From contig NC_043016.1 in the NCBI RefSeq assembly GCF_006345805.1, positions 24,242,001-24,306,000 on the forward strand: DNA of 64,000 nt, given 5' to 3'. Of the stretch, positions 1 to 13,231 are shown piece after piece. Source of the stretch: Octopus sinensis (taxonomy: Eukaryota). The notes under the pieces were generated by a model. The model saw only the letters and a list, made by a program, of their open reading frames with translations. It did not search any database and had not been told where the DNA came from. Both the position numbers and the translations under genes were made by a program. Each line of letters begins with the position of its first letter. The stretch's first letter is position 1.

Positions 1-780
1 CTTTATTAAATCATATTGAAACAACAAGGCTATAAAAACATCCAATGCTAAAAGTTCATGACTGACATTCCTAAGGATTTTGTATTACAAATAATGCCAA
101 AGAACTGCTGAGATATCTTAAAATCTAAACATTATACCCATCTATACACCAATTTGAGGTTAAGCAGAGGAACACACTACCAACAGGACTTGAATCAAGT
201 AATTCAGTATTTGCCATACCGACATGCAACTGACTGAATATATACCACACTACTGAGGTTGTGCTTCCATTTTTGTTATGTTATCTAGAATGTGACAAGG
301 AAATATTTTACTTAGACTAACATCACTCATCAGCCATCTAGCACCTACAAATTAAGTCATTTTTACAGATTAAGCCATTTCTACCAGTATCTAGTATAGC
401 AAGCTGTTGATCAAAGTTGGGATCAAGAATTATCAATATGCATGTATAAATTCAGTTAAAAAATAAAAGGTTGAACATTTCTATGCTATATTTGTCGTGA
501 GAGAAAAGGACACACTCAGGTTAGTGTAATTGTTCCTGTAGTTGACCAGCAAGTAGTGATAGATACAATTCAAGCAATGTAAATTTGTTTATTTTTTTTC
601 AATGTCAAATTTATACAAGGCACAGGAATGGCCGTATGGCAAGTAGCTTGCTTACCAACCACATGGCTCCGGGTTCAGTCCCACAGTGTGACACCTTGGG
701 CAAGTGTCTACTATAGCCTCCAGCTGACCAAAGCCTTGTGAGTGGATTTGGTAGATGGAAACTGAAAGCCCACTGTATAT

Positions 781-2237
781 ATCATCATCATCGTTTAACG
801 TCCGCTTTCTATGCTAGCATGAGTTGGACGGTTCAACTGGGGTCTGGGACAGCCGAAGGCTGCACCAGGCCAGTCAGATCTGGCAGTGTTTCTACAGCTG
901 GATGCCCTTCCTAACGCCAACCACTCCGTGAGTGTAGTGGGTGCTTTTTATGTGCCACCGACACAGGTGCCAGACGAGGCTGGCGAACGGCCACGCTCGG
1001 ATGGTGTTTTTTATGTGCCACCGACACAGGTGCCAGACGAGGCTGGCGAATGGCCACACTCGGATGGTGTTTTTTATGTGCCACGGACACAGGTGCCAGA
1101 CGAGGCTGGCGAACGGCCACGCTCGGATGGTGTCTTTTAAGTGCCACCGGCACGGAGGCCAGGCGGGGCTGACACGGCCACGATCGGATGGTGTTTGTTA
1201 CGTGCCCACAGCACAGAGGCCAGTCGATGCGGTACTGGCTATGGCCACGTTCAGATGGGTTTTTTTTATGTGCCACCGGCACTGGTACCACAAAGATACA
1301 AATTCCATTGATGTTCATCGATTTTGATTTGGTTTGATTTTCACTTGCCTCAACAGGTCTTCATAAGTGTCCCAAGAAGGAAGGTATGCACAGGTGGACT
1401 GACTACGTCCCAGGTAGGGGCCATGGGTTATGGCCTCATGTGTCCTGCCGGGTCTTCTCGCGCACAGCATACTTCCAAAGGTCTCAGTCTCTGGTCATTT
1501 CCTTGGTGAGACCTAAAGCGCGAAGGTCGTTCTTCACCACCTCGTCCCAGGCTTTCCTGGGTCTACCTCTTCCACAGGTTCCCCTCACCTGCTAGGGCGT
1601 GGCACTTTTTCACACAACTATCTTCATCCATTCTTACTACGTGTCCATACCAGCGTAGACACCTCTCATGCACACCACATCTGATGCTTCTTAGGTCCAA
1701 CTTTTCTCTCAAGGCACTTACACTGTCGGGTATGAACACTGACATTACACATCCAACGGAGCATACTGGCTTCATTTCTTGCGAGCTTACGCATATCCTC
1801 AGCAGTCACGGCCCATGTTTCACTGCCATGTAGCATGGCTGTTCGCACACATGCATCATACAGTCTACCTTTTACTCTGAGTGAGAGGCCCTTTGTCATC
1901 AGCAGAGGTAAGAGCTCTCTGAACTTTGCCCAGGCTATTCTTACTCTAGCAGTTACACTTTCGGCCCACCCACCCCGCTACTGACTTGGTCACCTAGGTA
2001 ACAGAAACTATCAACTATTTCAAGTTTTTCTCCCTGGAATGTGGCGGAAGATGGTCTCTGCGCATCTTCAGTCTTTATTGAACCAGAGCATCTACCACAT
2101 ACAAAAACTATCTTCCTGGTTAGCTTTCCTTTGACATTGCTGCACCTCTTATGTGTCCATAGCTTACACTTGGGGCATCTTATAGAGTTCCTACCTACGC
2201 CTTTTCTACAGATCGAGCAAGGCCATCTACCTGAAGG
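781..2237 (-). mobile_element. RTE-clade LINE, 5'-truncated (RT C-terminus, 3' UTR, (GAT)n tail)
   Basis: ORF pieces KGRLYDACVRTAMLHGSETW and LRWYGHVVRMDEDSCVKKC; matches 20521-21290; (CAT)n on + at 781. Confidence 0.9.
941..1285. repeat. 63-bp tandem repeat in the RTE 3' UTR (3 near-perfect plus 2 diverged units)
   Basis: ATGTGCCAC recurs at 950, 1013 and 1076; explains the 21-aa repeats in the overlapping ORFs. Confidence 0.9.
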
Positions 2238-2238
2238 T

Positions 2239-2282
<44 letters not shown>

Positions 2283-3555
2283 TTATATGTATGTGTGTGT
2301 CCACCATCTCTTGACAACTAATGTTGGTGGTTCATGTTCCCGTAACTTAGCAGTTCAGCAAAAAGAGACTGATAGAATAAGTACTAGGCTTACAAAGAAT
2401 ATAAGTTGTGGGGTCAATTTGTTCGATTAAAGGTGGTGCTCCAGCATGGCCACAGTCAAATGACTGAAACAAGTAAAAGAATAAGAATAACTGTTCCTAA
2501 TGTTTTAGGAGGGGAGGGAGGAAACAGTCCAGTCCATTATATCAACCCCTTGACATTGCAAGACAATATTACATGCCCAATGCTCTAACAAACCAGCCAG
2601 TCCACCATCCTTGTATGAATTATAATATATAGGAACATGTTACACATTGCTTGCACTAATGTTACACTAGAAAATGAGTAAATATATTAGACTTTTCAAA
2701 ATGAGCAAAAAAAAAAAAAAATTCTTAAAATTCAACCATTTTGAGTATAAATCTAAACAAGAACACAATGAAATTCAAAGATTCATCTTTATTTCACATA
2801 AATTATACTCTTTGTATGTACGTATAAGAAATGTAACACAATTCAAAGTAATAAGAATTAAAGAAAAAAAGAGTTTAACCTCCCTACAGTTTTCTCAAAC
2901 ACTCCATTTTAAGTAACATTTTTAACACGCCCAATAAATTTAATTTCTATCTGTATACAAAAGCATGGGAGTCAAAGATCACAATGTTTTTTTTTTTACC
3001 CACAATCCAGTGGGGGATCGTTTTCATAATTTAATCTCTATTCAGTGTTTAATTTTACTTAAATACATGGTAAAATCCAGTAGATGTGAAAATCAAAAGA
3101 AAGGAAAAAAAATTATAAAATACATAAAGAAAAAAGTTCTAGTGTACATTAATTACACTTAAAATTTCATAGTATGCCAGCTCCCAAATTGTTCACAGAA
3201 ACAAAGAGACAACTCAGGGGAATGCTCCAGTAAGTCATCTGGGAGCCAACATATTAAGGGATATTTAGAAGCTACATACATAGCAACCATCACTTATGTA
3301 TACAAACATGACTAAATATTTCAGTACACACAATAAGCATTTGTATACTCTTAATATGCTTTCATGTGCTGTAAAGATTGGAAGTATGTATTTTAGTGCC
3401 TCCCAAACCTAACCAATAAGAAAGACAATTATCAAATTTCATTGAAAATATAAGAATCATTATGAATGAAATTAGTCACAAACAAAATGAAAATTTTACT
3501 ACAAAATAAAAGTTTCACTAATTTATGGCTTCAAAGGTTTAACTGCTTCACTTAA

Positions 3556-3773
3556 CCCTTTAGTGTTTAAACCGGCCATATCTGGCCCAGATATCCTACA
3601 TGTTTTACATTCAAACGGGCGATATCTAGCCTCTCACACCTAACCTACATTGATATTCTAAAAACAAACAATCACATCATTGAAACCTCAAAGCTATAAC
3701 ATATTGCATGATTAATTCAAAACAATGAGTGAAAAATTATCACATTTAACAGAGTAATCTGAACACTAAAGGG
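3556..3773. mobile_element. piggyBac-type MITE
   Basis: TTAA|CCCTTTAGTGTT ... AACACTAAAGGG|TTAA: perfect terminal inverted repeats with TTAA target duplication; partial inverted copies near 5170-5250 and 8190-8330. Confidence 0.85.
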
Positions 3774-6062
3774 TTAAATTAGTAGAATGTCACTGGAAAG
3801 TTGTCATTTGTTTAAAATTTTTCAGGTGGTAACCAATATACATATAAGAATCATGCTCAATGTGAACAGGATCTAAAAGGTAAGAATTACTGTTAATTTC
3901 AATTTCCCCTCACCACACAAAGGAACTGTCAAGAGAAATAAAGTGTAAACTTGCCTTTACACACACAGGTGTTTACACGTGTACGTGTGTGTGTGTGTGT
4001 GTACGTGTGCGTGTGTGTGTGCGTACACTCAAGAAAGTTATAACAAGTAATTTCAGGATACCCAAGTGAATCATAAGAATATGATTCTATGATTATTAAA
4101 TGGAGAAAATTTACATTTGTCTTCTGCAAAAGGGAAACAATAACATGACAGATTTTTCAAAGCTAAAGAGTAAAATACAAATATACCTCTGGTATATTGT
4201 GATTGGCTTTTATATCAGGAAATTCAGGAACCTCATGAATATAGCATACAACACTTGACAACTGTCCCACAATGATAATAGTGATGTTGTTGGGCAAATT
4301 CACTACAATGTTGAATTCTCTGTAAAAATCACTTTTTCATCACACCTGGGGGGAAATGAAAAAACATTGGCCCACTAAGAATTTGAAGCATAGAATTTAA
4401 GGGAAAAACTAATCTGGTACAAGCCACTTCACTCAGTGACTCATGTACACCAGTAAATTTTTCTGCATATCCCTTCACCTACATGATCTACTAACAACAT
4501 GTTTGATGGGGAACCTCTGCTATATTTAAGAAAAATTCTGGACACCTCAGGAATACAATATAAAATACATGTCATTCATTTCCTCCAACAATGACAGCGA
4601 TAGATTGTAGGTAAAACTACTTCCAGCAGAAATAAACCAACTACTGAAATTGTCTTAGCTATTTTCGGTATCTGAAAACACATGCGAGAGACAAAACTAG
4701 CAATATATGAAATATATAGCAGAGAAAGGAACTTGATCCATTTCAACACGTCTTTCACTGGTTACGCACTGAAAAGGTAAAGTGCACAACAAAAAATATA
4801 CTCAACGTTCATATCTATCTCAAAAATCCAACTCCAAAAGCAATTCTGTTTTTTATAATTCTCCCAGAAACGAAAAGCAATTAACCTGCATAGAATGTTA
4901 ACTAGAAAATCTAAGGGACAAATTATGTAGTCAGGCACAAGTGATCTAGCCATGTGATTAACACAGACCAGTAACTTTTCCTGCATATATCCCTTCACCT
5001 AGCTCCAGCTAGCATCTGCCAGTACATCAAACACGACAACATCAATACTAGACATTCACTGGTACCAAAAAGTCGCATTATTGGGGACATTAGGTAACAT
5101 ATTCTAACAATACACCTAACATGAAATGAAAAATAGAAGACAGTAATCAATTGATACTGTCAATCTGAGAGACCAGATCTGGCAGTTTGAACATAAAACA
5201 GGTAGAATACATTTGGCCGGATATGGCCAGTTTATATTTTAAAGAGTTAAGGGAAAAACTAACCTGATACAAGTGATTTAACCCACCGACTCATGTGTAC
5301 ACTGGTAAATTTTTTAGTATATCCCTTCACCTACATGATCTACAAAGACGTCTAGTGGGGAACCTCTGCTACTTTAGAAACCTCAGGAATACAGCATAAA
5401 AGACACGATATCATTTATTTTCCTAACAATAACAGCAATATACTGGTGAAATTTACCACTTTAGTGTGGAATTACTTCCAACAAAAAATTAAAATATTAA
5501 GTAGTGAGGGTTTTTTTTTTAGCTATTTTCAGTATCCAAATATGTATGAAACAAAACTAGTAATATATGAAATATATAGGAGAGAAAGCAACTTGATCCT
5601 TTTCAACAAGTCTTTCACTGGATACACACCAAGAAGGAAAAAGAGTAACAAAAGAGATGCTCAATGTCCATAGTTATCTCAGAAAATACAATTTCAAAAG
5701 CAATTCTATTTTTAAATTCTCCTCACAACAATTTGCCTCCTCGAATTAGGAAATCTAATGGATAAATTGTGGTCTAGCAGAAATGACTTAGACATTAACT
5801 TAGACCAGTAACTTTTCCTGCTTAGCCGGTCACCTAGTTCTAGCTAGCATCTGCCAGTACATCAAATGTAGGTGATAGAATGGGATTGGAATGGTTTAAC
5901 TGCTTCACATTTATACCATCAGAAATTTAAACCTTTACCTACACAACCTATGACAAAAACGTCTGGTGGGGAACCTCTGCTACTTTGTGATGGCAAATAT
6001 TTAAGACAAACTTTAGACGCCTCAGAATAACACAAACTAATTTCCTTAAAGATAGCGATATA

Positions 6063-7296
6063 TTGGGTTGGCCAAAAAGTCTGTTCGTTTTTTTACTATC
6101 AACTGTCTGGTCTTCTAATCACTGTTCCAATATTCTTTTTCTTTAGAAACTATTCGGTAGAACGACCAAGATTACATCAGTGTGTAACAAGCCTGAAAGG
6201 AGAGAGATTGCAACTTGTTTGATTGCATTTGAGCCTAGACATGGAAGACCAAGCGGAGCACTATCGGCATCTTATGCTTTTTTACTTCAGAAAAGCAAAG
6301 AAAGCAACAGGAACTTGCCGAAAGTTATGCAATGTGTATGGAGAGAATGCTGTTTCAGAATGGGTGTGCTAGAAATGGTTTGCTCGATTTCGATCAGGGA
6401 ATTTTTCAGTAAGAGATGCACCTCACTCTGGCTGGCAAAAAGAAATTGACATCGACTAACTGAGAGCTGTAGTGAAACAAGACTGCAGTCTTGCAACCAG
6501 ACATATCACAGATATTCTCAATACATCCAAAACCAGTATGGAAAATGAATTGCATAAATTTGGTTACGTTTCTAAACTTGATGTTTGGGTTCCCCATAAA
6601 TTGACAGAAGTAAATCTTGTCCAGAGGGTTTCCATTTGCAATTCATTACTGAAAAGGGAAAACAACGAACCCTTTTTGAGAAGAATTGTTACTGGAGATG
6701 AAAAGTGGGTAGTTTACAATAATGTGAAATGAAGATCATGGAAAATGGCAGGGGATTTTCCAAAATGATCACCCAAACCAGGTCTTCACTCAAAGAAAGT
6801 TCTGTTATCGATATGGTGTAACTGGAAGAGTGTTATCTTTTTTGAACTTTCCCTTGAATGAAACCATTAATTCAGAGGTTTATTGTGAACAACTGGATAA
6901 ATTAAACACGGCTCTTCATAAAAAACAGCCAGAACTGGTGAATCGCAAACACGTTTTCCACTATGACAATGCAAGGCCACACACTGCCTTGATTACTCGG
7001 CAGAAGTTTCTGCAGCTTGAGTGGGAAGTTTTGCCTCACCCTCCATACCCTCCAGATCTGGCCCCATCAGATTTCCATCTGTTTCGGTCACTGCAAAATT
7101 CATTGAATGGAAAAAATTTTAATTCTGATGAAGATGTGAAAACTCGCTTGGAAACTTTTTCCTTATAAAGAACTTAAATTCTTTGAACAGAAGATTAAAG
7201 ATCTACCCAACAGGTGGCGAAATGTTACAGAAGCAAATGGTAACTATTGTATTGATTAAATACATTTTTCACAATTGTTTACTTTTTGATTTTCAC

Positions 7297-7343
<47 letters not shown>

Positions 7344-7363
7344 GGACTTTTTGGCCAACCCAA
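6063..7363 (+). mobile_element. Full-length mariner transposon with pseudogenised transposase
   Basis: TA|TTGGGTTGGCCAAAAAGTC ... GACTTTTTGGCCAACCCAA|TA; motifs WVPHKL, TGDEKW, HYDNARPH, YPPDLAPSDFHLF; frameshifts and stops. Confidence 0.95.
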
Positions 7364-9494
7364 TACTATTGGCAAAATTCACCATTTAGTTTGGAATTAT
7401 TTTCCAACAAAAATTAAAATATTGACCACTTAAAGTTTCTTAGCTATTCTCAGTATCCAAACATACATGTGCAAGACAAAACTAGCAATATATTGCAGAG
7501 AAAGGAACTTGATCCATTTCAACACGTCTTTCACTGGATACGCACTGAAAAGGTAAAGTGCACAACAAAAAATATACTCAGTGTTCATATCTATCTCAAA
7601 AATGCAACTCCAAAAGCAATTCTGTTTTTTATAATGCTCTGAGAAACGAAAAGCAATTAACCTGCATAGAATGTTAACTAGAAAATCTAAGGGACAAATT
7701 ATGTAGTCAGACACAAGTGATTTAGCCATGTGATTAACTCAGACCAGTAACTTTTCCTGCATATATCCCTTCACCTAGCATCTGCCAGTACATCAAACAT
7801 GACAACATCAATACTAGACATTCACTGGTACCAAAAAGTCGCATTATTGGGAACATTAGGTAACATATTCTAACAATACACCTAACATGAAATGAAAAAT
7901 AGAAGACAGTAATCGATTGATAACAATTCTTTCACAATGGTGCTTAAGATTAAATCCAATGACACCAAAGAAAACGCAGTGTAACATCAACAAACTGTGG
8001 AGTTGATCTCTATGTATTCGCTAAAATATATTAAATATATCTAAGCATTCCCATGAACAATCTCAAAAAGAAATGTGAAAAATAAGGGCAAAGGCTTTAA
8101 TACAGTGCTACAACCACCAGCATGGAAGAAAACCTGGGATGGTCACAGCATTCAGATTACTCAGTCAATATTTATTTCCATCACACATAGTCTTCTAGAT
8201 TTGAAATTTCAATGATGTGGTTGTTTATTTTCAGAATGACAGTAGGATAGGCGAGAGAGGCTAGATCTGGCTAGTTTGAACATAAAACGCACAATATTTG
8301 GATCAGATTTTGATAAGTTTAAATGTTACATGCTGAAATATAAATGTAATCATGACATCATTGAAAAAGAAGCATAAAACCTTCTTCAAACATAGTACTT
8401 GATCTGTGTGTGTACACACACAAGAAAATTGTAACAAGTAATTTCAGGATACCCAAGTAAATCATGAGAATATGATTCTATCTGGAGAGCAAAAAGCAAA
8501 ATGGCATCAACATAGGATAGCTGAACAAACAATGTAGATCAACTGTATGCCATTGGTGTCCATGCTATTTTTAGCAAATACCCCCATTGACAATGCAAGA
8601 TATGCTCAAAAATTTATAGCACAATATAGAGAAATCTCTACTACTTTGAAAGGACAAATATTTAAGACAAAATCTAGAAGCCTCATGAATACAGCATATA
8701 ACATTTAACCCAACCATTTCTCCAATTCCCTTTTTTTCAAATTCCATTCTTAATTACGTAACGGTTGCTCAAAAGCTGCAGCACAAAGATCAACACGGTG
8801 TGTTTATTAACTTCATGACAAACATTTTGATATAGCTGAGGAATAGCAGCAAAGTAATAATTAAAATGGTGAAAAATTTACACGTCTCTTGTTCATGAAG
8901 GAACAATTAAAACAGTATAAGCTTTCGAATAGAATTTAGAGAAACCTCTGCTACATCATGGAGAAAATTTCAGACAAACTTAAGCCTAATGAATACAGCA
9001 TAAAATGCATGACCTCATTTCATTTCTTCAACAATGATAGCCATATGCTGTTGGTGAAATTTATATTGGTGCAGATTTATGTCCAAACATTTAAATATTA
9101 ACTGAAGGAATCTCAGCTATTTTTATTGTCCAAACAGATATGTTGGAGACAAGACTAGCCATATTTGAAAATTATAGTAGAGAAAGGAACTTTATCCATT
9201 TCAACACGTCTTTCACTAGATACACACTGAGAAGGGAAAAGTGTATGATAAAAAATATACTCAATGTTGACTGCAGCCAGATGGCTGAAATGAGTAAAAG
9301 AGCCATGTCAGAAAATACAATTTCAATTCAATGTGCATGTGTACACGCACAGGCAAGGAAATTATAACAAGTAATTTCAGGATACCCAAGTAAATCATAA
9401 TATGATTCTACCTATAAAGCGATCATTAAATGGAGAAAATTTACATTTGCCTTCTGCAAAAGGGGAAAAAATGACTTGAATGTATGATATTTAA

Positions 9495-10561
9495 CCCTTT
9501 CGTTACCAAACCGCCCGAAAAAGATTTTGGTTAATGTCACCAAACCGCCCAAATTTACCTATTCATATTTAAATGAGAATATCAGAGCAAATTCTCTAGT
9601 ACATTCGTGAAAATACGTATTATACTTCGTAAAGAGTTCAACTACAGTTTTGTACAAAAATCGAAGTGTAATTTTAATTCCGTGAATTTTGGGAGATTTT
9701 TTTCCGAAATTTGTTCCTATTGTGTTTTCAAAATTTGTAATTCTGACAAAAAATGGATACGAATTTCATTATATCAAGCAGCGAGTCAGAATTCGAAGGA
9801 TTTTCTACTGAAGACCTTCATAAATCTAACTCTATGACTGAAAAAAAAAAAGCACGTGGTATTTGATAATGAATCTGATGTTTCATTTTCTGAAAGTGAA
9901 AACAGTGAATCCGAGAGCTCCGACAGCGATAAAGAAAATGAATGTGCACCTGAATGGAGTGAAAATTTAAAAACTGTTTCTTTCGGTGATTTTTCTGAAG
10001 AAACTGGACCAAGCCACAGACTTTCCCAGAAGAGTTAAAGCCTTAGACTATTTCTTTTTAGTTTTTCGAATGAGCCTATTTGAAATCATTACAGTGGAAA
10101 CGAACCGTCACGCTAAGCATAAACAAAGCGAAAGAAAGGATAGTTAGTGGTTTCCCACAACCTTAAATGAAATTAAGACTATTTTGCCATAAATATTATT
10201 ATGGGTATCAGAAAGTTACCCAGAATAACAAATTCTATCGTAAAATTTTCTTGTAATACCCTATTGAATATTAGCTAATAACCCATTTTCTATAGCGATG
10301 TTTGAACAAAATTTTTATAATTTTATATTTTGTTGAATTTACCTGTATCTACCTGCAATAAGAGTTACTTTGTGACAAAAATTATAGTATAGAATTGGTT
10401 GAGAACATTTCATTAAATTATCTTCCAAAATTCACGTTAATATATTGATAAATAAAAAAGTTATAGTTGTTTAATGAAACCAGACTAAATTTATGATTAT
10501 GTTAGAAATTAATTGAAACACATAAGGGGTGTATTTTGGTCAGAAATATAGTAACGAAAGG
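9495..10561 (+). mobile_element. Internally deleted piggyBac element
   Basis: TTAA|CCCTTTCGTTAC ... GTAACGAAAGG|ATAA; acidic N-terminus (ESDVSFSESENSESES) then LFEIITVETNRHA, W and MGIRKLPRI, like piggyBac transposase; catalytic part missing. Confidence 0.85.
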
Positions 10562-11494
10562 ATAAGCTAAGTAGAATACAAATATACCTCTGCTATATTG
10601 TGATAGCAAAATAAATAAGACCAACTTTAGTAGCCTCACGAATATAGCATATAATATTTGACAACGCTTGTCCCACAATGAGGATAGCAATGTTGTTGAG
10701 GAAATTCATTACATTGTTCAACTGTCCATAAAAACAGTTTTTTATTTTTATCACACCTGGAGGAATTCTCAATTATTTCCGGTGACTGAACAGACACAAG
10801 ACAAAAAATATTGGCCAACTTAGAATTCAATGTACCTGATACAAGTGATTTAATCCACCGACTCACGTGTACACTGGTAAAGTTTTTAGCATATCCCTTC
10901 ACCTACATTATCTACAAAGACGTCTAGAGGAGAACCTCTGCTATTTTGCGATGGAATATATTTAAGACAAACTTTAGAAACCTCAGGAATACAGCTTAAA
11001 AGACACGATATTTATTTTCCCAACAATAACAGCAATATACTGGTGAAATTTACCACTTTAGTGTGGAATTACTTCCAACAAAAAATTAAAATATTAACTA
11101 GTGAGGGTTTCTTAGCTATTTTCAGTATCCAAACATGTGCAAGACAAAACTAGTAATATATGAAATATATAGGAGAGAAAACAACTTGATCCTTTTCAAC
11201 AAGTCTTTCACTGGATACACACCAAGAAGGAAAAAGTGTGTAACAAAAGAGATGCTCAATGTTCATAGTTATCTCAGAATATACAATTTCAAAAGCTATT
11301 CTCCTAGCAACAAAACTCAATTTGCCCCCTCGGATCAGGAAATCTAATGGATAAATTATGTGGTCTAGCAGAAGTGATTTAGCCATTAACTCAGACCAGC
11401 AACTTTTCCTGCTTAGCCCGTCACCTAGTTCTAGCTAGCATCTGCCAGTACATCAAATGTAGGTGGTAGAATGGGATTGGAAGGGTCTAACTGC

Positions 11495-11735
11495 TTCACA
11501 TTTTTACCATCAGAAATTTAAACCTGTGACGAACTTAAACTTCTCCAGGGAGATTTTACCACCACAAAAAAATTGAAACCTATCAAACAGTTAACTCTTT
11601 CCAGTGACATTCTGTTATCTCAAAAATATTTAAACAACTGAAGTACTTAAACCTCTCTGGTAACATTTTACCACCTAAAAATGCTTAAACCTGTCATTCA
11701 GTTAATCCTCTCAGATCACATTTTACCACCTGAGA
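11495..11735. repeat. Diverged minisatellite of about 55 bp, 5 units
   Basis: TTTTACCA or variant at 11502, 11554, 11610, 11666, 11721. Confidence 0.7.
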
Positions 11736-12707
11736 AAGAAAAATTAGAAATAAGGGCAAAAACATTAATAATACATTGCTACACTTGCCACCATCAAAGA
11801 AAACATGGTATGGTTATGGCTGGAATGTTTTTGATCTCGAGTTCACTCGTTCAAGCTTGAGCTAAGTAGAACCAGTGAAATAATTTTAAAATATTTTCAA
11901 TTAAAATGTTAAACTATTGAATATTTTTAATTAACATTATAGTAAAACTCACAACAATGAACCATTTAATACTTTAGCTTATTTTTATTTTCAGCCATCA
12001 CTATTATTCAAAGCTTCAAAATCCAATTCAAAGGATGTAGCATTCAAAATGGCCGTTGCGTTTGTAGCAAAGTCTCTGATAACATCAACCCATTTACGTA
12101 TAGCAATCGTGCTAAATGTGAATGGGTTTTAAAAAAAGGTTGGAATTTTAATTTCAGATTCGTCTCACCACTCAGAAAAAAAAAAAAAAACTGCCAAAAG
12201 AGATTATAGCATCTGCCAGTACATCCAACATGACAACACCAATACTAGACATTCACTGGTACCAAAAAGCCGCAATGTTGGGGACGGTAACGTATTGTTA
12301 CGATACACCTAACATGAAATGAAAAATAGAAGACAGTAATCGATTGATAGTGATTAATTCTTTCAAATTGCTTCTTAAAATTAAATCTGACACCAAGGAA
12401 AAGGCAGTGTAGCGGCGACAAACTGCTAAGTCAACCCCTGTGTGTGAATTAACAAAAAAAATTTTAATATCTAGTATATTTTTAAGCATACCCCCGAACA
12501 ATCATTTTTCTATTCGTCCAAAATGAAAGAATACAGTTGTGTCTGGACAGAGTCATTTTCTTTTCGTGCCTTATAACTCATCGGTAAAATTTCCACTTTT
12601 TTGTTATTTTCTTAAAATTTTTGTTCCACTCTTGACAACATAACAGTTGCTCAAAAGTTGCGGCACAATGGGATCGACCCGGGTACTACTAGCGAACAGT
12701 GCGATAT

Positions 12708-12897
12708 CTAGTCGTAAGTAGTCGATCCTACGACTTGCGCGTATGTTTGTATTTTAAGGCTGAATACATATCAAAGAAAATTAAATAATATTTTTTCGAA
12801 CAAAGGAAATGATTTTTTAAACTAAGTAAATAAATTATTTTTATAAACAAACTAAGGTTAGGGTTAAAAAGTCGCAGGATCGACTACTTACGACTAG
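12708..12897. mobile_element. Fold-back MITE-like element with 29-bp inverted repeats
   Basis: CTAGTCGTAAGTAGTCGATCCTACGACTT versus AAGTCGCAGGATCGACTACTTACGACTAG (1 mismatch); internal GGTTAGGGTT. Confidence 0.75.
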
Positions 12898-12949
12898 CTT
12901 GCGCGATGTATTTAATTTTTTTTTACACAAATTAAATATTTTTCGAACA

Positions 12950-13231
12950 AAGTAAAAGTGAAGTTGTGAGTGTGTCTCCTACGATTTAGATTCCTAACTA
13001 CTCCCACATTTTGCGGTGCAGTTTAACCAAAAGCGGGTATCTTATAGTCGTGATTCTTATCGAGCCCTTCTGGGTATTAACGTGAGTCTACGATTAAAAA
13101 AAAAAATTTTACCATCATTTTTTCCCATTTTTAATGCATTTTTTGCTATTATATAAGGGAAGTAACTCTCTAAAAATGCTTATATAGTTATTTCCCTTAC
13201 AAACCCGAGCAACGCCGGGCGATACTGCTAG
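12950..13231 (+). mobile_element. Non-autonomous Helitron (family H1)
   Basis: Ends with hairpin CCCG-AGCAACGC-CGGG, then GATACTGCTAG|T; homologous to 38165-38555 and 39635-40267. Confidence 0.85.

Larger units (their letters stand above)
619..2490 (+). mobile_element. tRNA-derived SINE (family A), split by an RTE insertion: head 619-776, tail about 2291-2490
   Basis: Head has A-box-like TGGCCGTATGG and B-box-like GGTTCAGTCCC; tail ends ...GTCAAATGACTGAAACAAGTAAAAGA. An uninterrupted copy lies at 29230-29640 (-). Confidence 0.8.

Noticed and set aside
886-1327. Repeat-containing small proteins
   Set aside because: By-products of the 63-bp repeat in the RTE 3' UTR.
4210-4345. C/D-box snoRNA (GTGATGA...CTGA on -)
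   Set aside because: The paralog at 10757 lacks the C box (GTGATAA) and I see no terminal stem or guide complementarity.
4735-4760. miR-71 (TGAAAGAC on - strand, also near 5610 and 11205)
   Set aside because: Only the 8-nt start matches; the rest differs, the star arm pairs poorly and no miR-2 sequence is nearby.
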